Of a stretch of DNA of 64,000 nt, positions 19,052 through 47,169 are shown piece by piece. Within the stretch, counting starts at the first letter, position 1, and each line of letters opens with the position of its first letter. Source of the DNA: Lama guanicoe (Eukaryota); contig MU057073.1 of assembly GCA_013239625.1 (NCBI GenBank), positions 605,426 through 669,425 on the forward strand, written 5' to 3'. Below the pieces are notes generated by a model, which was not told where the DNA came from, made no database searches, and saw only the letters and a program-made list of their open reading frames with translations. The translations under genes were made by a program, and so were the position numbers.

Positions 19052-22000
19052 CTGCGACACGGCGGGGGCAGGGAGAGAGAGGAGCTGGCGTTAGGCAGGG
19101 TCGTGCTCCTAGAGCTACAGGGTGAGGTGCTGCCCCCAGGCCCTTGGCTGTATCAGGAGACAGGCCGTTCACTGCAGATGCAATCAGGATGAGGTCCCGG
19201 GCAGTGGGGATCCCAATCCCACATGGATGGTGTCCTTAGATAAAGACACACACGTGGAGGGAAGGCAGCCCGAGGACCTCGGGAGAAGGCCAAGTGTGCT
19301 AGCGCCCTGGGCCCAGAGCACCGCCTCCTTCAGCCCCTGGGGGGTCAGCCCCGCTCCTCGACAGCCAGGCTCCGTGTGGAATGTGTGTCTGTATTCAGGC
19401 CGCCCCCGCCGATGGACACAGCAGAGGAGCCCACCTGTGGCTCAGCCCAGGTCTCAAGTAGGCCCGAAGCCCCCACAGAAACCTTCCAAGTGGTCGGTGA
19501 GGGTTTACTGGCCTCTGATGGTTCCCATGGGAAGCACATCAAACAGGGTGAGGACGAGGCAATTCAGCGAATCACGGGGAAACTGACTCACCAGGAGAGA
19601 CCCTGAAGGGACAGGAAACTGGCAACACGCTGCCTGTCTGACACACATCAGCAGCGGAGTTGGAGCCGCGTGCCCCCCGGTGTGTGGACCAGAAGCCCGG
19701 GCCGGCTCCCACCAGCACCGCCTGCCCGCGGCCATACTGAGAGCCAGAAGGATGACTGGGTGTGGGCTGAGGCGGCAGGGGGCGGGCAGGGGCTGTGGGT
19801 GCAGCAGGCCGAGGCCTGGCTTCCGGCGGGGGGGCTGCCACTGCAGCCTTGTGACCAAGGCAAGCCATCTGTTTATCAAAGGGGCAGAGCCCCTGCCCTG
19901 GCCGTGGCCCAGAGAAATGCGTGCGCGGTGAGAGCAGGCTGCCCAGGCACCTCCGCGTGAGCTCTGAGGGCATCTGGGGAAGAGGACGTAGAAAGCAGAG
20001 GCGGGAGGAGACCAGCTAGGGACTCCCCGCGGACGGCAGTGGGTCGGGCTGAGGGATCTGGGCAGCTCCCCGCACCCCCAGGACCTGCCGGGCGCCCACC
20101 TCTCCCCACGGCCTGCCCTTCTGTGTGGTCAGTGGCCCTCCAGGGAAAAGGCACTGGCTGCTGGAAGGGCCCTGCGTTTTTCAGTTTACATATAAACAGG
20201 AGGAGAAGAAGAATTAAGTTGGCAAAGACAAAAGAAAGGATTCCACGTCCGTAAGTAGACCAAAAAGTAATCCCCAGACCAGAGTCCCACGCCCCCTGCT
20301 GCCAGCGCTGCCCGCCTCCCCGGCCAGGAGTGCCTCCTGGCAGATGTTAATTTTCCACAGCGGGTCTTAAGGACTGCTGGGACTAGGCCAGTTTGAGGTC
20401 TGCAGACCCTTTCCTACAGGGCACAGCCCAGTCCCACCGACAGCCAAGAGTGGTCCCTGGGACAGGCCAAGGGCTCCTGGGCAGGGACACGGGACCCCCC
20501 TGCCCGCGGCTGCACCCGCTCGAGTCTCCTGCCCTCCCCCGTCAGGTGTCCTCTGCTAAGGAGCACAGCACAGAGAAGCACCACATGAGACTCCCTGACC
20601 CGAGGGCTTAACGGACCAGAGCAGGAATCACCCAGGACAGACCACAGCCCGGTACAGAGCTGGCGATCTGCAAGGCCTGGGTTTCCTCCAGAAACAACCC
20701 GAGGACTTCAGAAGAAACTCAAGCAGGGCCAAGTATTTACTGCCATCACTGTGGCCACGGGCGACGCTGGACAGGCCTGCTCTCCCGCCCCCCTGTGGGG
20801 CCCACACTTACTCCACGAGGGCGCACAGGGCGCAGGCCACGGCGCCACAGCCACAGCAGGAGCGCACACAGCGCCCGCACAGGGCGCGCTCACACTGGCC
20901 GCACGCCGCCCTCCCGTCTGCGACTCGCACACACGACGAGCAGGCTGCCCCGGCCAGGTCTGCGAGGAGGAAACACCTGTCAGCCCAAAGGGGACCTGAG
21001 TGCTGGGGGCCACTGCCTCCCCACACCTCACTGGGTCCTCCGGACACTGGGTGAGTCACACAGCACCCAGGCCCGCTTCAGCAGGAGACCCCAGGTGGTT
21101 TCCGCGACTCCATGCTGACTGCTCCTCCCATTTCTCCCGCCACCTAGATGCCGGTCCTGGAAGGACCAGGCTCCCCTGACTGTCTGCACCAGAGCCCTCC
21201 AGGCCCTCGTCCCCTGTGCCTCACATCTGCACCTCAAAGTCTGATCCCCGCACCCTGGGCCCCGCCCGGACCCGGAGTGGGAGAGCTTTTAACCAGGACA
21301 TGGGCGACAGTTCGAGAAGCACGCCACACTGCACAGGGACCCAAACAGGCACTCCCCACAGACAGGGCCCTTTTGAGGAGCTGCAGGGGGAAAGCCGGCA
21401 GGACACACAGGGGATCACACTGAGGGGTCTGCTCTTTCTGACCCAACAGTCAGAAGCCGGTCACCAACCCCCGGCATGAGTGTCAGTAGGGGCAGAGCCT
21501 CCTAACGTCAGCTCTTCTGGCGTCTGCCTGGTTCGGCAGACTGGGCAGAGCGCTCCTGCCTGGTCAAGGAGGAAGAGATCCATCGAATAAAGGGAAGCCT
21601 GCGTGCCGCCCCCCTCCTCTGCACACAGCCGGGAAGGGTACGCTGTCGGCCTCACTCACCGGCTTCAGAGGCCGGGGCTCGGCTCCTGGTCAGCCGGCCG
21701 TCGGGTCCGATCAGCATCTGCCCACGTGCAGCGCGAGGGGCTTCCATGGGGCCAGGCTTTGGGGACTCCGGCGTGTCGACGATGGCACAGACCTCCTCCC
21801 ATGTGTGGTCCATGTAGGTCTGGGCCCCGCGGAAGAGGAGCTGTGTGGTTTTCTCTGGGGAAGACAGATGGTTCCTCCGTTTACAGATCCGCCACGTGGA
21901 AGCTCCTGCACTTCATCCTGCCAGCTGTGCTCAGTCCCCTCTCAGCCGTCATCCCGTCACCCCAACTGGCTGCTCCCTAGCGAGCTGGGTCCCACTCCCT

Positions 22001-23883
22001 CTGCCCTCCTGCTCTTCCTTGCCGGGACTCGGTGGCTACCCACTCCAGGAAGGTTCTGGACCCTGCAGCCCCACCTGAGCTCCCTCTCCTGTCACTCTGC
22101 TCATTTTCCATCCGTGTGGCCTCACCTCCTTGCTGCTGCTCTCCACCCCAGCACCCACAATCTGGCTTTGTTCAGCAGGCAAAGCCCCCGCGCTGTGGTG
22201 CACCAGTTCACAGCCAGAGACTCGGAGCTGAGCCTCACCCCTTCACCTACCGCAGAGCGGCCAGCAAAAGACATGGCAGCAACTGGCACCCGGCAAAGTA
22301 CCCTATAACTTTCCAGACCTCTGTGGGCCCTGAACACCCCAACCCCAGAGCTGAGGTGGTTTCTCAGCACCCTGAATAGTGCCTTTCCATCAGGGCACTG
22401 GGGCTTCCACAAGGTCAATGCTGGGCGCCAGCCCCAGAAATTGTGGTTTTCTGCCTTGTCCCGACAGAACCAGGGTGGTGATGTTAGGAGCTGTTGGCGC
22501 TATGTGCAATTGACAGAAGCAACAGGTACCAGGGAACTGATGACAGCCTCTCCTCCCCCAGCCCCTCCCCCACCCCCGTGGCAGGAAAGGAATCGGGGGT
22601 CATGTGGTGAGGTTAACGCTTGTCTTTAAGGGCTTGCAGTTCTTTCAAGATAAAGAGGCCAGGGTTCTGGCTTAGAATTTGTTACAGGAGTTCACACTGG
22701 CCTCATTCCATCGGCCCTCCTTCCAGATGCCCAGCAGCCACCCCCTGAGGGGGTCCTGCAAGTGATAAGCCTTGGCAAGTGCTCTAGGACATCATGGTCA
22801 AGGAAGAAGGCCAAGGGCTGGACTGACTCCATCTTCATTTGTTACTAATTCTTCTCTCTGTCTGCACAGTGTTTACATTTTTTGAATCTCCTGGTGGGGG
22901 AGAGCATGTGCACTTTTGCCATAGTATCAATGAAATGTACCAACGAAGTGGCTTCACTCATTTTTATCACCTGCATGGTCTCGGAAAGCATCTGCATTTG
23001 CAACCGGAGTGTCCAAGAAAAGAAAGGGCTGAGCTGTGCTGATGGGGGCGGAGCACGGCGGCACACTCCATTGCAAACACCCAGGTCACTGTCTAACCAT
23101 TGCACGGGCACAAACCTTGTGCCCCAACCACTAGGTGAGATAAGCCCCACTCAGGGATATTAACCACCTCAAAATGACGACCTGTAATATCAGTGCACCT
23201 AGAATCTGCATGACAAAGCCAGATGAGAAGGCCCTGGCATCCAGCCACCCTGAGTCCTACTGCACTCTCCGGCTTTCTGGTTTTCACACAGGCTACTGCC
23301 TCCACCAGGAGTTCCCTTCCGCTCCCTCTCTGCCTGCCTAATGCTGTAGGATTCGGCTTAGACTGCTCCTCCCCGCGACCTGACACCGGCAAGTGGTCCT
23401 GCGGCGACCGGTGCCTGCTCTGCTGACCTCTGGAGACCCCTCCTCCTGCGAGTCCCCCACTGGACCGGAGGCAGGGTCTCCCGCGCAGCCGCAGGGCCGC
23501 GCAGGGAAGGCGCGCTCCACGAACGCCTCTCGGGTGACAACGGGCACTTCCGCGGCTTACTCCGCCCGGGACATCCCGCCCCCTGGCCTCTCGCTGGGCC
23601 CGGAGGCTCTTAGCGCTCGTCAAACATCCCTGCAGGGGAGGTGGGGGCACTCCCGACGCCCTACTCACCGCTCCCAAACCGGCCGGACGGCGCCGGGGGC
23701 GCGGCTTGCGGAGACCGCCCGCCCAGGCCCCGCTTCGCAGCGAGGAAGTCCAACCTCGCACTCACCGAAGATCTCCCGCGAGAGGCGCTCGGCGCACACG
23801 CCGCGACTCAGCTCCCGCGGACCCACACGCACCTTGAGCTGCAGCGGGGCCGCGTCCGCGAACGGGCAGCCCCGCTTGGGCAT
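18994..23883 (-). CDS. SIVA1: Apoptosis regulatory protein Siva, complete spliced CDS: complement(join(18994-19051,20812-20959,21660-21854,23766-23883)), 172 aa
   Basis: [20 protein letters not shown]...[11 protein letters not shown]...[26 protein letters not shown]; all introns GT-AG with consistent phases; 519 nt. Confidence 0.96.
19145..19405 (+). mobile_element. Degenerate MaLR LTR (MLT1-like) in SIVA1 intron 3
   Basis: gatgcaatcaggatgaggtc...atcccaatcc...ggtgtccttag...gacacacac pattern; weak match, approximate limits. Confidence 0.45.
20812..20959 (-). CDS. SIVA1: SIVA1 exon 3, Cys-rich Zn-binding region
   Basis: cgcag| ... |gtaagt, 148 nt. Confidence 0.95.
21660..21854 (-). CDS. SIVA1: SIVA1 exon 2 ([17 protein letters not shown]...[21 protein letters not shown]); symmetric exon skipped in the SIVA-2 isoform
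   Basis: cccag| ... |gtgagt, 195 nt, phase 1-1. Confidence 0.95.
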
Positions 23884-24570
23884 GGCCGCGGGCCCAGAGC
23901 GGCGCAGCTCCCCCGCCGCGCCTCGGTCGTGCGTGACGTCAGGGCCGCGCGTCTAGCCCCGCGCGGGGCGGAGGCGGGGCTCGTGCGCGTCGCGTCGCGG
24001 GATAGGCCGAGGGCGAGGGAAGGGCGGGGCTCGTGCCCGGGGAGACGCGGGATAGGCCGAGGGCGAGGCGGGGCTCGCGAGCCGGGAGGCGGGACTCGGC
24101 GGCGCGGGAAAGTCCAGGAGAGGGCAAGTGTCGGAGCGGGCGCGCCGGGGGCGGAGGAAGAGGGCGGGGCGGAGGAAACAGGCGCCGCGGGATAGGCCGG
24201 GGGCGACGTCGGGGGCGGGACTCGGCGTGGCGGCAAGGAAGGGGCCGGCGACTCAGCGCCCCAAACGGCTCCTGAGGGTGGTTACGTTCCCGGTTGGAGG
24301 ATGGCTCGCTCTTGTGTGGTTCTTAACTTGGAGGAGTTGCCCGCCCGCAGGAAGCGGGGAGTGACGTGTGAGCGTGGGCACACGTCCCGGGCCCCGTGCG
24401 TCATCGGGGCGGGCCTGACCCAAGGCCGGGCCCGGGCGCCGCGGCGCGCCGGCACCTCCTTGGCCGCTCCTCGGCCCCTGCCCGCCGCCGCTGCCGCCTG
24501 CGTGGGGTCTGGGCCCGGAGGCCAGGCCCGCGCGGTCCAGCACGAGGCCTTCTGTTAGGGCTCTGCGGCC
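23390..24570. promoter_or_regulatory. SIVA1: CpG island / SIVA1 promoter: CRE palindrome TGACGTCA (23934-23941), several GC boxes, E2F site TTTCCCGCGC (24111-24102)
   Basis: Very high CpG density around the SIVA1 ATG; motifs read directly. Confidence 0.9.
23766..23883 (-). CDS. SIVA1: SIVA1 coding exon 1 ([39 protein letters not shown])
   Basis: ATG in GCCATG context; |gtgagt donor; 118 nt. Confidence 0.96.
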
Positions 24571-25521
24571 ACTTGTGCTTATCCTGGGAACAGATGAAGC
24601 TCTCGGGGCTGCTGGTTTTCGTCTTACAGGTCTTGGTTGGAGGTTTTAAAAGATTTCTTTGCGTTCAGATTTGAAACTGCCATGGGCTTTTTAAGACACA
24701 GTAAATAGTGAATTAAACATCATGATTAAAAGAGACCTTTGTCCGCTCTTCTGTTTCAATCTAACTTTAAGAAATGTCTGTTGAGGGCCCATTAAGCGTT
24801 GGTTAGTTTTGTAGAGTTGCCATAACTGCGCTTAGGCTGGGGGCCCAGACACCAGACACTTAACTCTGCTGCAGCTCTGGAGGCCGGGAGTCCAAGATCG
24901 AGGCGTGCGCAGGGCTGGTTTCTCCAGAGGACCCCTCTAGGCTTGCAGACACCCTCCTCCCCAGGTCCTCCCGTGGTCGTCCCTCTGCGAGTCTGTCCTC
25001 ACATCCTCCTCTGGTAAGGACACCAGTCAGACTGGATTAAGGCAAACCCATTTGACCTCTTTAAAACTTAACTACCTCCCTGTTCATCAAACAGTTGAAA
25101 ATGAACCTACCATCTGATCTAGCAATCCCGCTTCTGGGTGTGCAGAAGAAATCATTGTCTTGGAGAGCTATCTGCACCACCATGTTCACTGCAGCGTCGT
25201 TTACAATAACCTAAGTGTTCATCTCTGGATGAGTGGGTAAAGAAAATGTATTTGGAATACATATATCATGGAATATATAATAGGATATCAATCAGCCCTA
25301 AAAAAGGCCATCTCGCCAATTGCAGTGACACCCTGGAAGACATGCTAAGTGAAATAAGTCAAAGAAAGACAAATACAGTACTGTATGATCTCACTTACAT
25401 GTGCAGTCTAAAATCATCAAACTCATGTATACATCTGTCAAAATTCATCAAATTGCACGTCTGAAATACGTGGTTTACTGTACAGGAATCATACCAAACA
25501 CAATAAAGGTGTTTAAAAATA

Positions 25522-25713
25522 GGGGGGGAGGGTAGTATAGCCCAGTGGTAGAGTGCATGCCTAGCATGTCCAGGGTCCTGGGTTAAATCCCCAGTGCCTA
25601 TATTTAAATAAATAAATAAATAAACCTAATTATCACCCCCCAAAGAAGTCAAACAAACGAAAAAACTAATAAAAAATAAACATAAAAATTGACTTTGCAA
25701 AGAAAAAAAATAG
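25522..25713 (+). mobile_element. tRNA-derived SINE (camelid Vic-1-like)
   Basis: ggggagggtagtatagcccagtggtagagtgcatgcctagcatg...cctgggttaaatccccagt, (AAAT)n aaacctaatta tail; aaaaatag occurs on both sides (candidate TSD). Confidence 0.85.
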
Positions 25714-26042
25714 TACTTATAAAAAAAAGTCATCAGACTCACAGAAACAGAAGAGATGGTGATTGTCAGAGGTTGGGGGTGGGGGAAATGAGGAGATGTA
25801 GGTCAAAGGGTACAAACTTCCAGTGCGAAGGTGGATACCTTCTGGGGAGCTAATTATAGCATAGCATTATAGGTGACCATAGTTAACCCTGTATTGTGTA
25901 CTTGAAAGTTGCTAAGAGTGGATCTTAAATGCTCTCACCATAACAAAATGGTGATTATATGAGACAAGGATTATCTAACCTGACTGCGCTAAACATTTTT
26001 GCAATGTATGTGTGTTTGAAATCATCACATTGTACACCAGAG

Positions 26043-26473
26043 TGTTGCAAACATTAAGAAACAGAAACCTCCTTTAAAATGGAGCCAAGAGACCGGAGAG
26101 GGAGCAATCAGGCCCCACCCCTCTAGGTTAACTGCAGACCCAGCAGGAAGAGAGCACCTTGCATCTCGAAGAGAAGGTTGTTGCTTCACTGCCCAGCAGG
26201 AGGAGGGATTTCTCTCCGCCTGGCAACAGCCCAGCCAATGAGAGACGGCCACAACTCCGCCAATGAAAGACCACATCTAACTCCTGGTTTCCACCAACAG
26301 ACTCTGCTTATAACTGCCCCTCCCAACCACCCCTCTTCTCTCTATAAAGGAGTTTCCTCTTTGTTCTCCAGGCTTGCTGTGGTTCACCCTAGCTGGCATG
26401 TCTCAAATTACAATTCTTTGCTATTCCCAAATAAATCCATTTTGCTGGTCTGTTTTACTGTTTCAGGCCAACA
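26043..26473 (+). mobile_element. ERV-type solo LTR (~430 bp)
   Basis: TGTTG...CAACA inverted termini; CCAAT at 26235 and 26260, TATAAA at 26343, AATAAA at 26430, in U3-R-U5 order. Confidence 0.7.
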
Positions 26474-29161
26474 AGTTACAATGAAGGTGTACATCTTATG
26501 TCAATTATGTTGTATGTAAACTCTCTCTCAATATGTTTATGTCAGTTATATCTCACTAAACCTTGGGGAAAAGTTAATTACCTCCTTAAAGACCCTACCT
26601 ACAAATACAGTCACGTTTGGAGGTACTGGGAGTTGAGACTTCAACATACCGATTTTAAGGGGACAGAGTTGAGTCTTAGTAGGTGCAAAGCTCTGCACTA
26701 GGCCCGTGGGGATGGTGTTGAGCAGAGCCAACAGGGTCCTCGCCCTCTGGTGAGACAAATGTCACAAAAGGGGGTGTTTAGGGGGCTATGGAAGCGAAGT
26801 AAGGAGACCTGCCCTGCCTGGGGCTGGGGGGATCCCCAGGAAAACTGGCTGGCAGGCACCAAACTTATGCAAAGCTTCTGCGTTATAACATCATTTGACC
26901 TTAGAAAGATGGACATTCTAGAAGTGAATATACATTGGGTGAGGAAGGAACACACTTTCTGTTTTCCCGCGAGAAGTTCAGCAAACTTCCCTTCTGGCAA
27001 ATGCTTAAGGAGACACTGGCAGGAAACGTCTTCATCAAGTTGTTCCATCACAGCTGCCTCAGGGCCGTGAACCTTTGGTTAATCATGGTCTCAGCTGTTC
27101 CACCATTGTGAAATGTGGTTGTATGGCTTCCTGTAATTTTTAGCTTGGGGTAGAATTTACTTAGAGTGAAGGCGTGAGTATTTAGCCCAGAGGAATGCCC
27201 AGACGGTGGTCGAAGTGTAAGTCCTACCTGCTGCCGCTGTGTCCCAGCTGCGCGGGGGGCCCCCCTTCGCCCCCCCCCCCCGCAGACAGACCATCACTTG
27301 CTCTGCTTTATGTCCCTGTGTCCCTCCTTGCTGTCCTGGAGCCTCACGTGCTCAGCTCATCCTGCACGTGCACCTTGGCATCTGCGTCTCTCCACACGCC
27401 AACTCTGAGACCGTCCATCGCCTGGCACCCCTCAGCGGTCCGTTCCTTCTGTTACTGAACGTATTCCGTGTGAGGATGGACCACAGTTTCTTTACCTGCC
27501 ACTGGACACTGCTGTGGTGAAGGCACCTGCTCTGAGCAGCCTTGCATAAGGCTTTTCCTGGACTTCAGTGCCTCGGAGTAAAATGGCTTGGTGGGAAGGT
27601 AGATGGATAGCGAACTTCTAAGGAAACTGGCAGCTTTCCAAAGTGCTTGGAAAAAAACATGCTTCATCTGCACTGGGGCTGTGTCACTGGGGCCAAGCAG
27701 AGAGAGCACCCTTATTATAATTACGTAGACTCTCACGACTCTGGCACTCTGGCCAAGGGGGCTGTCTGCCCTAACCCGCCCCACAGAGGACAGAGCCTCC
27801 TGTCCCTGAGCCACAGGAGAGTGAGGAAGCTGGCGGCAGGGGAGAACTATTTCCCCTCTATGCTGGTGTCTTTTCACCCTATAGAACACCAGCAGATACT
27901 CAGAGACATTGCCTGGGGTTGCCTCCCCGAGCTTTCATCCAGAGACGGAAGGTAAAGGCAACGGGCATCTGAGTGGGAGATGCAGCAGGTTCCACAAAAC
28001 ACAGCGGCTTTTTTTTTTTTTGCAGCTTTCTAGTTTAAATTGTGGGTCTACCTTGCAAAGCCAGGCCTGTAGCTTTTTATGCAGAATGAAATGGTTTCTC
28101 TTTTGAAAAATGCACACTCTGATTTGCTGCTCATAGCCTGCATCTTCCTGTGGCAGTGAGACTGGTCCAGCTGGTGGTCCCAGGTGAAGCACAGGCCCCC
28201 GGGAGGCAGGGAGGACAGCTGGGGCCCAGTGGCGCTGCGAGGGTGGCTGCTCTTTGCCTAGGAACTCACCTGCCTTGGGGCTCTCTCCTTCCGTCTCTCC
28301 TGCTCTATCATGGGAGGAAGGGATTCTCAGGAAACTCAAAGATCAGTTTCTGCTCATGTTTCTCACCCAATGCAGCTGGTCCACATTGCGTTCTCCTGGC
28401 TTCTTTCAAAGGGCTGAAGGCTGTTCTGGGCACTGTTCGGAAAATTTTGCTAGTGTGTGTGAAGTCACACACCCAGTATGTGGCCTGCTGACCCAATACA
28501 CTGTCACATGGGTTCAGGACTCCACAGTGTGAGCCGGTGAGATCAGACCCTGTGGAACCTTCTGGGGCCAGCGGAGTCAATGGGAAGCAAGCCAAGTTGG
28601 ACCTTGTGTGATTGCAGTGAGCCCAGCTGACATTCTCAGCTCTAAAAAGCGAGGATTTAAGCCTGGTGGATGCTGGGTCTCTCTGTGTGTCTAATTCCTT
28701 CTCTCTCTGAAATGGCATCAAAAAACCAGTTACTTTGCTGAACTTACTCCAAACTCTGCTGTTGAAGGCAGCTACACAGTTGCTGGAAGAGAGCAGACCC
28801 CAGCTGGTTCTCAAAGGCTTTGGCCAGTGAAGAAGTGGCTTCTCAGTCCAGGGGACTTCGAGGGCTGAGGGCAGAGTGTGTCCTGGTAACACGGACAGGG
28901 CGGATCTCTGGGCTCAGGCCTCTAGAGTTAATCTGCTGAAATGTTCAGTTTGGGGAAACGTGTTTGATGCCCGTGATCCCTCTTCCCCGGGGCTGGTGCC
29001 ACTTAGTTGTCTGAGCACACAACGGCCCGGCTTCGGAGCACCAAGACCGTGTGTCACCCAGGCTGCTGAGGCAGCAAGGTGTCAGGGGCGCCCTTCAGTG
29101 TTTAAAGCCAGAACAACAAGGACACAGTCAGAACCACCACCGTCAGCGGCTGTTGGGTTTG

Positions 29162-29167
29162 TTTATT
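29162..29167 (-). terminator. ADSS1: ADSS1 polyadenylation signal AATAAA
   Basis: TTTATT on + strand, ~315 nt beyond the stop. Confidence 0.75.
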
Positions 29168-29481
29168 GCCAGACGCCTCCAGTCGGACACACAATCACAT
29201 GACAACTCGGGTGCCGTAAAAGCTCTCTGTTCGGAGCCCTCTGTCTCACTTTAAATAGGAGGGTTTTTTAAAAATGTAGACAATGCTGGCTCTCAGATGT
29301 TTAGAGTAGAAAGCAGTGGTGGAGCTGAAGGCTTAAAGAGAATTAGAAAAGTACAGAAAGTCATTTTCATGTTTCCTTGTTTATGGCGTTCGTTCTGCCG
29401 GCCGAGGAAGGGGCACCACTGTGGCCGTCTATGTGGGGATGGGGACCCGCTGTGTCCTGCTGGATTCAGCTCTGTCTTCAT

Positions 29482-47169
<17,688 letters not shown>

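Larger units (their letters stand above)
25085..26570 (+). mobile_element. LINE-1 3' fragment(s) inserted in MLT1 and themselves interrupted by a SINE and an LTR
   Basis: gaactaccatctgatctagcaatcccgcttctggg...atgctaagtgaaataagtca...gtacttgaaagttgctaagag...atgtcagttatatctcactaaac. Confidence 0.75.
24800..26680. mobile_element. MLT1-type LTR split into two halves (~24800-25080 and ~26572-26680) by later insertions
   Basis: ctctggaggccgggagtccaagatc...gtaaggacaccagtcagactggattaagg...cttaactacctc continues as gttaattacctccttaaagacccta...aaatacagtcac...gaggtactgggagttgagacttcaacata. Confidence 0.7.

Noticed and set aside
22616-22639. p53 response element in SIVA1 intron 1 (ACGCTTGTCT-ttaa-GGGCTTGCAG)
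   Set aside because: Three mismatches and a 4-bp spacer; indistinguishable from chance without ChIP or conservation, although p53 regulation of SIVA1 is known.
22845-23150. 101-aa ORF in the AT-richer part of SIVA1 intron 1 as a nested gene or retrocopy
   Set aside because: No recognisable homology, poly(A) tail or TSD.
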